Source: Oscillospiraceae bacterium | GTDB lineage: Bacteria > Bacillota > Clostridia > Oscillospirales > Oscillospiraceae | Length of the DNA: 64,000 nt | Assembly (NCBI GenBank): GCA_017412765.1 | Contig: JAFPWN010000015.1 | Span: 286-64,285 of the forward strand | Direction: 5' to 3' | In this document: in pieces, positions 51,819-61,884 of the stretch | How the letters are laid out: every line of letters begins with the position of its first letter | Position numbering within the stretch: the first letter of the stretch is position 1 | Program-made: the position numbers and the translations under genes | The notes under the pieces: model-generated | What the model was told of the DNA's origin: nothing | The model's input: the letters and a program-made list of their open reading frames with translations, nothing else | Database searches by the model: none

Positions 51819-52364
51819 ATGAAAAAGCGACTTATCGCGGCTGCTTTAGCTGTAATTTTTCTGCTTGCGGGCTGTTCCGCGCCGGTAAAGCACCCGGAGT
51901 GGCCGGAGGATTGGGTGCGAGTCGGCGACGATATCGGCGTCCAGCCGATCGACGGTTTTGAGCTTGTCGAGCAGCACGATCTTATGAGCCGCTCCGGTAT
52001 TCTGTATTACGCCTGGGCAGAGGGCGACGGCAGAAAGGTCACGAACGAGGACGGCAGGGAGCTATCCGTCTATCCTGTTCAGATAATTCTTCTGTATATG
52101 CGAACCGACAAGCCCGACGAGGCGATCTCCGACTGGATCGCCATCGAAAAGGAGCATTATGACGCCGTTGACGGCGCTGAGATCACGGGCTTTGAAACGC
52201 TTTCCCTCACCGCGAAGTCGGCTGACAGCACCTACACCGGCGGATCTGCGGCATTCGGAAACGCGCCCGGCGGCGCGATAAGCATCGAGGTGCTGACGGA
52301 CGGCGGCGCCGTGACAGACACGATACTTGAGAATTTTATCTCCGGACTGCATTTTTCGGAGTGA
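51819..52364 (+). CDS. Lipoprotein, function unknown
   Basis: MKKRLIAAALAVIFLLAGCSAP lipobox; 181 aa. Confidence 0.8.
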   Translation: MKKRLIAAALAVIFLLAGCSAPVKHPEWPEDWVRVGDDIGVQPIDGFELVEQHDLMSRSGILYYAWAEGDGRKVTNEDGRELSVYPVQIILLYMRTDKPDEAISDWIAIEKEHYDAVDGAEITGFETLSLTAKSADSTYTGGSAAFGNAPGGAISIEVLTDGGAVTDTILENFISGLHFSE

Positions 52365-52385
52365 TTATTAAAGGAGCGGAAAACG

Positions 52386-53318
52386 ATGACTGACATAACT
52401 GCAATAGGCGAAATTCTCATTGACCTCACTCAGAACGGCGTTACGGAAGCCGGAATTCCGAAGTTCAACGCAAACCCCGGCGGCGCGCCCGCAAACCTCG
52501 CCGTCGCCGCTTCGCGCCTCGGAGCAAAGACCGCGTTTATCGGCAGAGTCGGCAAGGACAGCTTCGGTGATTATCTCAGAAAAGTTCTCATCGACAACGG
52601 TGTTTCTGTCGAGGGCATGAGCGCAGACGAGCGCGAGCACACGACGCTTGCCGTCGTCAGCATCGACGAAAAGGGCGAGCGCTCCTTCACCTTCTACCGC
52701 GACCCGAGCGCGGACGTAAACCTCTGCATCGAGGACGTTGACGAGGCGCTTCTGAAGGACACGAAAATACTCCACTTCGGCTCAGTATCGCTCACCGCCG
52801 AGCCATCGCGCTCGACAACGCTCAAGGCGGCGGAGCTTGCTAAAAAAAGCGGCGCGATAATCAGCTATGACCCGAACTACCGCGCAAACCTCTGGCCGGA
52901 CGAAAAAACCGCCATCAGATGGATGAAGGAGCCGCTTGCGATCGCGGATATTCTGAAAGTATCTGACAACGAGCTTCCGCTTCTCACCGGCACGGACGAT
53001 CCCGTTGAGGGCACAAAGATCCTCAGTGAAATGGGAATTTCGCTCATATTCGTAACTCTCGGTCCGGACGGCGCATTCTACCGCTTCGGGGACGTCACCG
53101 GCACCTCTCCGACACCGCCCGTCAAGGTCGCGGACACGAACGGCGCGGGCGACACGTTCTTCGGCGCGGCGCTCTCGCAGATCGCAAAGTGCGGACTGAA
53201 AAATCTCGACGAGGCGGAGCTAAAGCGCATAGCGGACTTCGCCAACAAGGCCGCAGCGATCACAACGAGCCGCCACGGCGCGATCCCCGCGATGCCGAAG
53301 CTCGAGGAAATACAGTAA
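52386..53318 (+). CDS. PfkB-family carbohydrate kinase (fructokinase-like)
   Basis: 310 aa: ..GGAPANLAVAASRLG.., DTNGAGDTFFGA (PfkB signature 2). Confidence 0.85.
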   Translation: MTDITAIGEILIDLTQNGVTEAGIPKFNANPGGAPANLAVAASRLGAKTAFIGRVGKDSFGDYLRKVLIDNGVSVEGMSADEREHTTLAVVSIDEKGERSFTFYRDPSADVNLCIEDVDEALLKDTKILHFGSVSLTAEPSRSTTLKAAELAKKSGAIISYDPNYRANLWPDEKTAIRWMKEPLAIADILKVSDNELPLLTGTDDPVEGTKILSEMGISLIFVTLGPDGAFYRFGDVTGTSPTPPVKVADTNGAGDTFFGAALSQIAKCGLKNLDEAELKRIADFANKAAAITTSRHGAIPAMPKLEEIQ

Positions 53319-53356
53319 AAACAAGACCGCTTCCTGCGTGGAGGCGGTCTTTTTTC

Positions 53357-53385
53357 TTGTAATAACGGCGCGATTATGCTATATT
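53357..53385 (+). promoter_or_regulatory. Sigma-A promoter
   Basis: TTGTAA-N17-TATATT, directly after a terminator-like hairpin (AGACCGCtTCC..GGAgGCGGTCT + T-run, about 53324-53356). Confidence 0.6.
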
Positions 53386-53418
53386 TGAATCAAACAATAC
53401 CCCAAGGAGGTCATATTT

Positions 53419-53811
53419 ATGAAAGAAGTTTGCGAGTTTTTACAAAAAGCGGGCATTTTCTACCTCGCCACCGTTGACGGCGACCAGCCGCGCGTGCGTC
53501 CCTTCGGCGCATTCAACGAGTATAACGGCAGGCTTTATCTCATAACGAGCAACAAAAAGGACATTTACGCTCAGCTCATGCGCAACCCCAAGAGCGAGAT
53601 CTGCGCCTGCCTCGGCGGACAGTGGCTTCGCATTGAAGCCGAGCTTATCGAGGATGACGACAGAGCCGCGAGAGTCGCCATGCTCGAAGCTAACCCCTCT
53701 CTCTCCTCAATGTACTCCCCCGACGACGGGAAAATGGTAGTGCTCTACCTCAAAAACGCCGTCGCAACGCTCTCCTCGTTCACTTCCGAACCGGTAGTCT
53801 ATAAATTCTAA
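53419..53811 (+). CDS. Pyridoxamine 5'-phosphate oxidase-family (split-barrel flavin-binding) protein
   Basis: 130 aa: MKEVCEFLQKAGIFYLATVDGDQPRVRPFG.. Confidence 0.75.
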   Translation: MKEVCEFLQKAGIFYLATVDGDQPRVRPFGAFNEYNGRLYLITSNKKDIYAQLMRNPKSEICACLGGQWLRIEAELIEDDDRAARVAMLEANPSLSSMYSPDDGKMVVLYLKNAVATLSSFTSEPVVYKF

Positions 53812-53824
53812 GGAGGTCAGTAAA

Positions 53825-54322
53825 ATGACGCGAACAGTTGTTTTCTCAGCTCTTCCGCGCTCTCTTGCCGAGATGAAGGCTCTTCCCGAGGCTTCCCTCA
53901 AAACGCCCGAGGGCACTGCCGCCCTCACGATAGCGGCGCTCTGCCTCTATCCCGAAAACCGCGACGAGTGCTTTGCAATGCTCGACTATCTCCGCGGCCC
54001 GCGCCCGCTCTCAAACTTCGACAAGCAGTTTATCCGCGACAGATTTATGGACAAGGTCGACTACGTTCCGCGCTCCTTCTTCCTCGGCGCGGCACCCGGG
54101 AACAACTACACGCCCTCGAAGCCTCTCACCCTCGAATTTACCGACTCCGCGGCGCAGTTTTCCGATGAGAGCTACTGCCGCCTCGACATAAAAAGCGGCG
54201 GAGCGGACACCCCGCGCCAGGTTACTCTGCGCTTGAAGCCCTCCACCGGCGAGTGGTTTTTGTGGGAGCAGATGCTCCTTGGTCAGATCAGAAAACCGGC
54301 GGAGCAGGATCCATGGGCATAA
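53825..54322 (+). CDS. Hypothetical protein
   Basis: 165-aa ORF with good coding character, no recognisable motif. Confidence 0.65.
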   Translation: MTRTVVFSALPRSLAEMKALPEASLKTPEGTAALTIAALCLYPENRDECFAMLDYLRGPRPLSNFDKQFIRDRFMDKVDYVPRSFFLGAAPGNNYTPSKPLTLEFTDSAAQFSDESYCRLDIKSGGADTPRQVTLRLKPSTGEWFLWEQMLLGQIRKPAEQDPWA

Positions 54323-54795
54323 AGCCGGAAAAAACGAACGTCATGCGTCTTCTCGACGCCGCCGGCATAGAGTACGAGTCCCGCACTTACGTCGAATCCG
54401 GCGCGGTTTCCGGCGTTGACGTCGCAAAAGCGCTCGGCGAGGACCCCGACAGCGTTTTCAAAACGCTCGTCACCGAGTCGAAGAGCGGCGCGCACTACGT
54501 TTTCGTCATCCCCGCAAGCGCTGAGCTCGATCTCAAAAAAGCGGCGCGCGCCTCCGGCGAAAAGGCGATCTCGATGATCCGCCAGAAGGAGCTTCTGCCC
54601 CTCACCGGCTACGTTCACGGCGGATGCAGTCCCATCGGCATGAAAAAGCCGTTTCCGACGTTTTTTGACGAAACTGCCCAGCTATTTGACCGCATCTATT
54701 TCAGCGCCGGAAAAATCGGCTGGCAGGTAGGCGTAAACCCGGAGGACGCGAGGCGCTGCATCGGCTTCGAGTACGCCGACCTGACGGAGGAATAA
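54313..54795 (+). CDS. ybaK: Cys-tRNA(Pro)/Cys-tRNA(Cys) deacylase
   Basis: Start moved to ATG 54313 (MGIKPEKTNVMRLLDAAGIEYESRTY..), with ..TGYVHGGCSPIGMKK.. Confidence 0.8.
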   Translation: MGIKPEKTNVMRLLDAAGIEYESRTYVESGAVSGVDVAKALGEDPDSVFKTLVTESKSGAHYVFVIPASAELDLKKAARASGEKAISMIRQKELLPLTGYVHGGCSPIGMKKPFPTFFDETAQLFDRIYFSAGKIGWQVGVNPEDARRCIGFEYADLTEE

Positions 54796-55079
54796 TGGAA
54801 TACTTCGGACTCATTATCGAGGGCGAGGAGCTTCTGCCCTACATAAAGCCCGGCGAAACGGCGTACTTTGAAAAAACCGCTCTTCTGCGCGACGGCGAGG
54901 TGGGTGTTTTCAGCGCCGGCGGCGATATGTTGATACGCCAATACTGCGAGGACAGCTTCGGAACGGTCTATCTCTTCGCCGTCAACCGTCAGATGCGCTC
55001 GCTCGACCGCTCGTTTTCCAGGGGCTCCGAGATAACCTGCTACGGCAGGCTTATTATGCAGGAAATTCCGCTTCCATAA
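54795..55079 (+). CDS. Stand-alone S24/LexA-like C-terminal domain protein lacking the Ser/Lys dyad
   Basis: 94 aa. ..IIEGEELLPYIKPGETAYFEK..DGEVGVFSAGGDMLIRQY.. follows the S24 strand pattern, but GDSM is replaced by GEEL and the Lys position by R. The start overlaps the ybaK stop (TAATG). Confidence 0.55.
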   Translation: MEYFGLIIEGEELLPYIKPGETAYFEKTALLRDGEVGVFSAGGDMLIRQYCEDSFGTVYLFAVNRQMRSLDRSFSRGSEITCYGRLIMQEIPLP

Positions 55080-55117
55080 AAAAAGTGCTGTGAGGAAAGC
55101 TCACAGCACTTTTTTTA
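55078..55117. terminator. Bidirectional rho-independent terminator
   Basis: AAAAAA-AGTGCTGTGAG-gaaag-CTCACAGCACT-TTTTTT between convergent genes. It overlaps the dnaJ stop codon. Confidence 0.85.
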
Positions 55118-56242
55118 CAGCTTCCAGAAGCCTTTTTTCTTCGGGGTCTTTCCCTCCATGCTCTCCGCGAGCTTTTCGACCAGCTCCCGCTGATCCTTTG
55201 TGAGATTCTTCGGGATCGACACGTTCACGGTCACGAACTGGTCGCCGCGTGAGCCGCTCCGCAGGTACGGAATGCCCTTGCCCTTGAGCCTGAACACCGT
55301 GCCGGACTGCGTGCCCTCGGGGATCGTGTACTTCACCCTGCCGTCGAGCGTCGGGACCTCGACCTCGTCGCCGAGGATCGCCTGAGTTACGCTTATCGGG
55401 AAGTCGAGATAGACGTTAGTTCCCTCGCGCTTGAAGAACTCGTGCGGCTTGATGGAGATCGTTATGAGCAGGTCGCCGCTCGAACCTCCGTTCACGCCGG
55501 CGCTGCCCTCTCCGCGCAGGGAGATGGTCTGTCCGTCGTCGATTCCGGCGGGTATGTTCACGGAAACGGTCTTGTTCTTGCGGACAGCGCCGACGCCGCG
55601 GCACTTTTTGCAGGGCTGATGTATGATTTTTCCCTTGCCGCCGCAGCGCGGGCAGGACGTTGTGGTGCTCATTACGCCGAAGGGCGTGCGCTGCTGCTGC
55701 CTTACGGCGCCGGTGCCGCGGCAGTCCGGGCAGATCTCGGGAGTCGTGCCCTTTTCGCAGCCGCTGCCTCCGCAGTCGGGGCAGGTTTCGGTGCGCACGA
55801 CGGTTATCTTCTTCTCAACGCCGAACGCCGCCTCCTCAAAGGTGATGGTTACGCTCGCTCTTACGGAGTCGCCGCGGCGGGGCGCGTTCTGATTCTGCGC
55901 CCTCGTGCTGCCGCCGAAGCCGCCGCCGAAAAAGCTCGAGAATATATCGCCGAGATCGACGTCTCCGAAGTCGGAATACCCGCCGTAGCCGCCCTGACCC
56001 GCGCCGTAGCTCGGGTCAACGCCGGCAAAGCCGTACTGATCGTAGCGGCTCTTCTTCTCGGGGTCGGAGAGTATCTCATACGCCTCGTTGATCTCCTTGA
56101 AGCGCTTTTCCGCCTCCTTGTCGCCGGGGTGCAGGTCGGGGTGATTCTCCTTCGCCTTTTTGCGGAATGCTTTTTTTATATCATCGTCCGAGGCGCCCTT
56201 TGCAACGCCGAGGACTTCATAGTAATCGCGTTTATCAGCCAT
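55115..56242 (-). CDS. dnaJ: Molecular chaperone DnaJ
   Basis: 375 aa with a J domain (DYYEVLGV..HPD), a G/F region and four CxxCxGxG zinc motifs. Confidence 0.95.
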   Translation of the reverse strand: MADKRDYYEVLGVAKGASDDDIKKAFRKKAKENHPDLHPGDKEAEKRFKEINEAYEILSDPEKKSRYDQYGFAGVDPSYGAGQGGYGGYSDFGDVDLGDIFSSFFGGGFGGSTRAQNQNAPRRGDSVRASVTITFEEAAFGVEKKITVVRTETCPDCGGSGCEKGTTPEICPDCRGTGAVRQQQRTPFGVMSTTTSCPRCGGKGKIIHQPCKKCRGVGAVRKNKTVSVNIPAGIDDGQTISLRGEGSAGVNGGSSGDLLITISIKPHEFFKREGTNVYLDFPISVTQAILGDEVEVPTLDGRVKYTIPEGTQSGTVFRLKGKGIPYLRSGSRGDQFVTVNVSIPKNLTKDQRELVEKLAESMEGKTPKKKGFWKL

Positions 56243-56298
56243 AAATTACTCCAAGCGGGAGGGGATGTTTTCCCCTCCCTGTTGTTTTTTTGAGATGA

Positions 56299-58158
56299 TT
56301 ATTTATTCTTGTCGTCGTCAACGACCTCGTAATCGGCGTCATAGTAGCCGCCGTTATTGTCGCTGCCGCCCTGCTGATTGCCGCCCTGCTGAGCGTTCGG
56401 ATTGAAGCCCTGGGCGCCCTGCGGATTCGCGTTCTTGTACAGCTTTTCGGATGCCTTGTAGAAAGCCTGAGTGAGAGTCTCGGTCGCGGTCTTTATCGCG
56501 GCGGTATCGGTGCCGGAGAGCGCGTTCTTGAGGCTCTGGAGGGCGCCCTCGACCTCAGCCTTGTCGGCGGGGTCGAACTTATCGCCGCTCTCAGAGAGGA
56601 GCTTCTCAGTCTCGTAGACCATCTGGTCGCCGTGGTTGCGGGTATCGACCTCCTCGCGGCGCTTCTGATCCTCAGCCGCGAACTGCTCAGCCTCGCGGAC
56701 TGCCTTCTCGATATCGTCCTTGGACATATTGGTGCTGGAGGTGATGGTGATGTGCTGCTCCTTGCCGGTGCCGAGATCCTTTGCGGAGACGTTTACGATG
56801 CCGTTTGCATCGATATCGAAGCTAACCTCGATCTGAGGAACGCCGCGGCGCGCCGGAGCGATACCGTCAAGGTGGAAGCGGCCGAGGGACTTATTGTACT
56901 GAGCCATCTCGCGCTCGCCCTGAAGGACGTTTACCTCAACGCTCGTCTGATTGTCGGCTGCGGTGGAGAAGATCTGCTTCTTGTTCGTAGGAATGGTGGT
57001 GTTGCGGTCGATGATCTTGGTGAATACGCCGCCGAGAGTCTCGATTCCGAGGGAGAGCGGAGTAACGTCGAGAAGCAGAATGCCCTCAACGTCGCCGCCG
57101 AGAACGCCGCCCTGGATCGCGGCGCCGATAGCCACGCACTCATCGGGGTTGATGCCCTTGAAGCCCTCTTTGCCGGTGAGCTTCTTGACCATATCCTGAA
57201 CCGCGGGGATGCGGCTGGAGCCGCCGACCATAAGGACCTTTGTGATATCGCTGCCGGAAAGTCCGGCGTCGCTCATAGCCTGACGGACAGGGCCTGCGGT
57301 AGCCTCGACGAGATGTGCGGTCAGCTCATTGAACTTCGCTCTCGTGAGGGTGATGTCCATGTGCTTCGGGCCGGTGGCGTCGGCGGTGATATAAGGAAGG
57401 TTGATGTTCGCGCTCGTTACGCCGCTAAGATCGCACTTTGCCTTCTCAGCAGCCTCGCGCAGACGCTGCATCGCAACGCGGTCGGTGGAGAGGTCAACGC
57501 CGTTACTCTTCTTAAACTCCTCAACGAGGTACTTCATGATCGCCTCGTCGAAGTCGTCGCCGCCGAGGCGGTTGTTGCCGGCGGTTGCGAGAACCTCGAT
57601 AACGCCGTCGCCGATCTCGAGGATGGATACGTCGAACGTGCCGCCGCCGAGGTCGTAGACCATGATCTTCTGATCCTGCTCCTTGTCAAGTCCGTATGCA
57701 AGGGCAGCCGCGGTCGGCTCGTTGATGATGCGCTTTACGTCGAGTCCCGCGATCCTGCCTGCGTCCTTTGTCGCCTGGCGCTGAGCGTCGGTGAAGTACG
57801 CGGGAACTGTGATGACTGCCTCGGTGACCTTCTGGCCGAGATAAGCCTCGGCGTCAGCCTTCAGCTTCTGAAGCACCATGGCGCTGATCTCCTGCGGAGT
57901 GTAGCTCTTGCCGTCGATGTTTACCTTGTAGTTTGTGCCCATCTCGCGCTTGATGGATGAGATGGTGCGGTCGGGGTTGGTGATCGCCTGGCGCTTTGCT
58001 ACCTGACCGACCATTCTCTCGCCGTCCTTGGAAAAGGCGACGACGGACGGGGTGGTGCGCGCGCCCTCTACGTTTGCTATGACCTGAGGCTCGCCGCCTT
58101 CCATAACGGCGACGCAGCTATTGGTAGTACCGAGATCGATTCCGATGATCTTTGACAT
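56299..58158 (-). CDS. dnaK: Molecular chaperone DnaK (Hsp70)
   Basis: 619 aa: [14 protein letters not shown].., [12 protein letters not shown].. A hairpin GGGAGGGGA-n5-TCCCCTCCC at 56257-56279 lies between dnaK and dnaJ. Confidence 0.97.
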   Translation of the reverse strand: MSKIIGIDLGTTNSCVAVMEGGEPQVIANVEGARTTPSVVAFSKDGERMVGQVAKRQAITNPDRTISSIKREMGTNYKVNIDGKSYTPQEISAMVLQKLKADAEAYLGQKVTEAVITVPAYFTDAQRQATKDAGRIAGLDVKRIINEPTAAALAYGLDKEQDQKIMVYDLGGGTFDVSILEIGDGVIEVLATAGNNRLGGDDFDEAIMKYLVEEFKKSNGVDLSTDRVAMQRLREAAEKAKCDLSGVTSANINLPYITADATGPKHMDITLTRAKFNELTAHLVEATAGPVRQAMSDAGLSGSDITKVLMVGGSSRIPAVQDMVKKLTGKEGFKGINPDECVAIGAAIQGGVLGGDVEGILLLDVTPLSLGIETLGGVFTKIIDRNTTIPTNKKQIFSTAADNQTSVEVNVLQGEREMAQYNKSLGRFHLDGIAPARRGVPQIEVSFDIDANGIVNVSAKDLGTGKEQHITITSSTNMSKDDIEKAVREAEQFAAEDQKRREEVDTRNHGDQMVYETEKLLSESGDKFDPADKAEVEGALQSLKNALSGTDTAAIKTATETLTQAFYKASEKLYKNANPQGAQGFNPNAQQGGNQQGGSDNNGGYYDADYEVVDDDKNK

Positions 58159-58209
58159 GATTTTTTCCTCCTGTATATGAATGTGATTAGTTTACTATAC
58201 TAAAGCGCC

Positions 58210-58740
58210 TTAGTTGGCGACTTTGACAACTGAAAATCTGATGACCTTATCTCCGAGGGTAAAGCCCTTCTGGAACTCCTCCGCTATAACGCTCTCCCCG
58301 AGAGATTCATCCTCAACGTGCATCACTGCGTTGTGAAGATTCGCGTCGAACTTCTCGCCGACGGCGGGGATCGCCTTGACGCCGAGAGACTCGAAAATGC
58401 TCTCAAGCTGTGTCATCGTCAGCTCTACGCCCTTTTTGTATGCGGCGTCCTCTGTTTCCGTCTTGAGCGCGCGCTCAAGGTTATCGTAGACCGGCAGAAG
58501 CTTCACTATCGTGTCCGCCTTGACGTCGCGGTAGATCGCCTCGCGCTCGCGCTGGCTGCGCTTGCGGTAGTTATCGTACTCGGCAGCGAGGCGGAGATAT
58601 TTATCATGCTCCGCGGCATATTTTTCATCAGCCGACGGCGCCTTTTCCTCGACAATCTCGACCTCCGGCGCCTTCTCCTCAGCGGTGTTCTCCGCCGGAG
58701 TTTCATTGACCGGTTCCTGCTTTTTCTTATCCTTTGACAT
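58210..58740 (-). CDS. grpE: Nucleotide exchange factor GrpE
   Basis: Start moved to ATG 58740 (MSKDKKKQE..), after GGAGA; the track start at 58755 contains that RBS. ..YLRLAAEYDNYRKR.. is the GrpE signature. Confidence 0.9.
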   Translation of the reverse strand: MSKDKKKQEPVNETPAENTAEEKAPEVEIVEEKAPSADEKYAAEHDKYLRLAAEYDNYRKRSQREREAIYRDVKADTIVKLLPVYDNLERALKTETEDAAYKKGVELTMTQLESIFESLGVKAIPAVGEKFDANLHNAVMHVEDESLGESVIAEEFQKGFTLGDKVIRFSVVKVAN

Positions 58741-59779
58741 CTTTATCTCCTTCACGAAGCATTAGTTTTCCGAAGCCTGCCGGCGGAAGAGAGCCGCCGG
58801 AAAGCACCTTGCTGAGACCATCCGCAATAAAACGGAGCTTTGCGGCGATGAGGCTGTAATCCATCCTCGTCGGCCCGACGACGCCGATAACGCCGCGCAT
58901 TCCGTCGCCCGCGTCGTAGGAGGCGAGGATAACGCTCGTGTCGCGGAGCTCCTCGGCCGCGTTCTCGGCGCCGATCACGACTCTCACGTCGCTCGTATCG
59001 TCAATGGAGCCGAGCATATTTACACCGTCGCCGGACAGGTAGCTCATTACTCTGTGCGCCTTGTCGGAATCCTGAAATTCCGGTATTTTCAGCAGGCTCT
59101 CGCCGCCTGAAACGACGCCCTGAGAATTGAACGCGCCTCTCAGCGTTTCGGAGAGGAAGCCCGCGATCACGCTCGTAAGCCCCAGCGCATCGCCCGCGCC
59201 GCGCTCCGATGATTCGATGAGCAGCGGAGTTATCGCGCTCTCCGCGATACCGGTGAAGCTTGCGTTGAACACCGCTCCGAGCCGCTTTATCAGGCTCTCG
59301 TCAAAGCTGAACGGCAGCTTTATAAGCTTGTTTTTAACTGTATTATCCGAGAGAAGTATCACGATTATGAAGCTCGACTGGTCAAGGTAAATGAGGTCGA
59401 AGCGCTTTGCCGTGACGAACCTCGCGCCCGTAAATGAAACCGCCGGCAGATGCGTAAGCTCCGCGGCTATCCTTCCGGCATTCTCCGGCGTGAGGTCGGA
59501 CGCTATGTCCACCTCGTCGGAGCTGAGGTTCTTCGCCTCCATCAGCTCGTTGACGTACTTGCGGTATCCGAGCGATGTCGGAACTCTGCCCGCCGAGGTG
59601 TGCGGCTGGGCAAGATACCCGAGGCGCTCAAGCTCCACAAGCTCGCTGCGCACCGTCGCCGAGGAGCATTTAAGCCCGCTCTTCTCAAGCACCAGCTTCG
59701 AGCCGACCGGCTCGGCGGACTCGATATATTCCTCGATCACCGTGACGAGTATCGTTTTCTGCCGCGCCGTGAGTTCCAT
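58727..59779 (-). CDS. hrcA: Heat-inducible transcription repressor HrcA
   Basis: 350 aa: MELTARQKTILVTVIEEYIESAEPVGSK.. First gene of hrcA-grpE-dnaK-dnaJ. Confidence 0.92.
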   Translation of the reverse strand: MELTARQKTILVTVIEEYIESAEPVGSKLVLEKSGLKCSSATVRSELVELERLGYLAQPHTSAGRVPTSLGYRKYVNELMEAKNLSSDEVDIASDLTPENAGRIAAELTHLPAVSFTGARFVTAKRFDLIYLDQSSFIIVILLSDNTVKNKLIKLPFSFDESLIKRLGAVFNASFTGIAESAITPLLIESSERGAGDALGLTSVIAGFLSETLRGAFNSQGVVSGGESLLKIPEFQDSDKAHRVMSYLSGDGVNMLGSIDDTSDVRVVIGAENAAEELRDTSVILASYDAGDGMRGVIGVVGPTRMDYSLIAAKLRFIADGLSKVLSGGSLPPAGFGKLMLREGDKDVKG

Positions 59780-59801
59780 AGTATCTCTCTTCTCAGTTTG
59801 T

Positions 59802-59828
59802 TTAGCACTCTTTCTCCCTGAGTGCTAA
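59802..59828 (-). promoter_or_regulatory. CIRCE operator (HrcA binding site)
   Basis: A perfect TTAGCACTC-N9-GAGTGCTAA between the promoter and the hrcA start. Confidence 0.95.
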
Positions 59829-59831
59829 CAT

Positions 59832-59860
59832 AATGTACCACGAAAGTCAGAGAATGTCAA
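59832..59860 (-). promoter_or_regulatory. Sigma-A promoter of the hrcA operon
   Basis: The minus strand reads TTGACA-N17-TACATT, immediately upstream of CIRCE. Confidence 0.75.
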
Positions 59861-59902
59861 GGGCAGATTTTTCAAATTTAATATTTGTTCATAAATTAGG
59901 GC

Positions 59903-59934
59903 AAAAAACAAGCCGAGGAAAAATCCTCGGCTTG
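59903..59934 (-). terminator. Rho-independent terminator after the cold-shock gene
   Basis: Minus strand CAAGCCGAGGA-ttttt-TCCTCGGCTTG followed by TTTTTTG. Confidence 0.8.
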
Positions 59935-59959
59935 GGTCGGACTAATTGTGGAGCAAAGA

Positions 59960-60181
59960 TTACTCGGCCTTGACCGGAGTAACGTTGACAGCACGCTGCT
60001 TGGCGCTGTCACGGGGATCGGGCTCGGTCTCATAGGTGACCTTCTGACCCTCTGCAAGGGTCTTGTACCCGTCCATGTTGATGGCGGAGAAGTGAACAAA
60101 AACGTCACCGGAGCCATCGTCGTTGGAGATGAAGCCGTAGCCCTTCTCCTGGTTGAACCATTTTACAGTACCGTTATTCAT
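59960..60181 (-). CDS. Cold-shock protein (CspA family) with a short C-terminal extension
   Basis: 73 aa: [34 protein letters not shown].. (RNP1/RNP2 motifs). Confidence 0.92.
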   Translation of the reverse strand: MNNGTVKWFNQEKGYGFISNDDGSGDVFVHFSAINMDGYKTLAEGQKVTYETEPDPRDSAKQRAVNVTPVKAE

Positions 60182-60275
60182 TTTTTACCTCCACAGGGTT
60201 TTTTACCAAATGTAATAGAATCGCGCGGACTGAAAAACCCGTAGAGCGAATGTTATCTACCTTTGGTACTTTGTT

Positions 60276-60304
60276 AGTATAAAGACAAAAAGTAAAGTTG
60301 TCAA
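60276..60304 (-). promoter_or_regulatory. Sigma-A promoter of the csp gene with a ~90-nt leader
   Basis: The minus strand reads TTGACA-N17-TATACT. A long 5' UTR is typical of csp genes. Confidence 0.7.
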
Positions 60305-60559
60305 TCATAATTTTCATAAAAATCGGAAAAATATTCTAAAAAAACGTACTTTTTTGTACATTTTCGCCGGTATGGCGTTTCATCGCGGCATATTAGTTGC
60401 TTCAAACCGGCTTTTTTTTAAAAATCCCGGCAAAATTCAATTTGAAATTATTAGTGCGCTTTAATTATATACATATTAAATAGCGATTATTGTAGTTAGA
60501 GTTGCCTAATCAATATAGTTTGTGTTAAAATTAACATGAATAAAAATGTCGGAGGAGCT

Positions 60560-61228
60560 ATGAAAATAGAGGTTTTTGAAACGAAGGAGCGCGTCCTTGC
60601 GGATAACGAGAGCGCCGCGCGCGAAACGCGGGCGCTGATGCGTGAGCGCGGAACGCTGCTTATAAATCTTATGGGCTCGCCCGGAGCCGGCAAGACGAGC
60701 GTTCTCTCCCGCGTGATCCCGGCGCTCGGCGAATTCAGGATCGGCGTTATGGAGGCTGACGTGGACTCGGACGTGGACGCAAAAACAGTCGCCGCGCTCG
60801 GCGCGAGGGTAATTCAGCTCCACACCGGCGGGCTGTGCCACATGGACGCGGATATGACGCGCCGCGGGCTTGACAGAATGGGCATAGACGGGCTCGACGC
60901 GGTTTTTCTCGAGAACATCGGAAACCTCGTCTGCCCCGCCGAATTTGAGATCGGCGCAGACCTCAGAATGACGGTGCTCTCCGTTCCGGAGGGCGACGAC
61001 AAGCCCTTGAAATACCCGCTTATGTTCACGATCGCCGACCTCGTCGCAGTAAACAAGCTCGACACGGCGCCGATCTTCGATTTTGACCTCGCGGCCTTCA
61101 AAGCGCGCGTGCTCGCTCTAAACCCGAAGGCTGAGATAATACCGATAAGCGCAAAGACCGGCGAGGGCTGCGCGGAGCTTGCATCTTTCCTCCGCTCGCT
61201 CATCGAGAAAAGGAGGCGCGGAGAGTGA
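60560..61228 (+). CDS. hypB: HypB-type G3E GTPase (nickel-insertion family), paralogue 1
   Basis: Start moved to ATG 60560 (MKIEVFE..), after GGAGGAG. Has LMGSPGAGKTSVL, HTGGLCHMDA, ENIGNLVCPAEF, VNKLD. Candidate promoter TTGCCT-N18-(TGt)TAAAAT at 60502-60531. Confidence 0.85.
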   Translation: MKIEVFETKERVLADNESAARETRALMRERGTLLINLMGSPGAGKTSVLSRVIPALGEFRIGVMEADVDSDVDAKTVAALGARVIQLHTGGLCHMDADMTRRGLDRMGIDGLDAVFLENIGNLVCPAEFEIGADLRMTVLSVPEGDDKPLKYPLMFTIADLVAVNKLDTAPIFDFDLAAFKARVLALNPKAEIIPISAKTGEGCAELASFLRSLIEKRRRGE

Positions 61229-61884
61229 AGGTAATAACCCTCAACGCGACAGTGACTGAGTCGAACGACCGCGACGCCGCGAGAGTGAGAGCGCGCATGA
61301 AGCGCTCGGGGACGCTGCTTATAAATCTCATGTCGAGCCCCGGAGCCGGGAAAACCACGCTCCTCAGCAGGCTGATCACCGATATGCGCGATGAGCGGAT
61401 CGGAGTTATGGAGGCGGATATCGACTCGGACGTGGACGCGGAGCGCATTGCCGCGCTCGGCGCGAAAAGCATTCAGGCGCACACCGGCGGAATGTGCCAC
61501 ATGGACGCCGGAATGACAGAGGCGGCGCTCGACGCCCTCGAGGGCGACGAGGGCGACCTCATTTTCCTTGAGAACGTGGGAAATCTTATATGTCCCGCCG
61601 AGTACGATACGGGCGCGGGGCTGAATATGATGATACTCTCCGTTCCGGAGGGCGACGACAAGCCGCTCAAATATCCCCTTATGTTCAAAGAGAGCGCCGC
61701 TCTCGTTATCAGCAAGCTCGACGCACTGCCCTATTTCGACTTCTCAGTGGAAAAATGCTCCGAGAGAGCTGAAAAGCTGAACCCCGCGATAAAGATTTTC
61801 CCCGTAAGCGCAAAGACCGGCGAAGGAATGGAAGAACTTGAAAACTGGCTTAGAGAAAGACTTGCCGATTGGAGGAGGAATTAA
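61225..61884 (+). CDS. hypB: HypB-type G3E GTPase, paralogue 2
   Basis: GTG start in a GTGA overlap with paralogue 1. Has LMSSPGAGKTTLL, HTGGMCHMDA, ENVGNLICPAEY, ISKLD. Roughly half the residues are identical to paralogue 1 by eye. Confidence 0.85.
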   Translation: MKVITLNATVTESNDRDAARVRARMKRSGTLLINLMSSPGAGKTTLLSRLITDMRDERIGVMEADIDSDVDAERIAALGAKSIQAHTGGMCHMDAGMTEAALDALEGDEGDLIFLENVGNLICPAEYDTGAGLNMMILSVPEGDDKPLKYPLMFKESAALVISKLDALPYFDFSVEKCSERAEKLNPAIKIFPVSAKTGEGMEELENWLRERLADWRRN

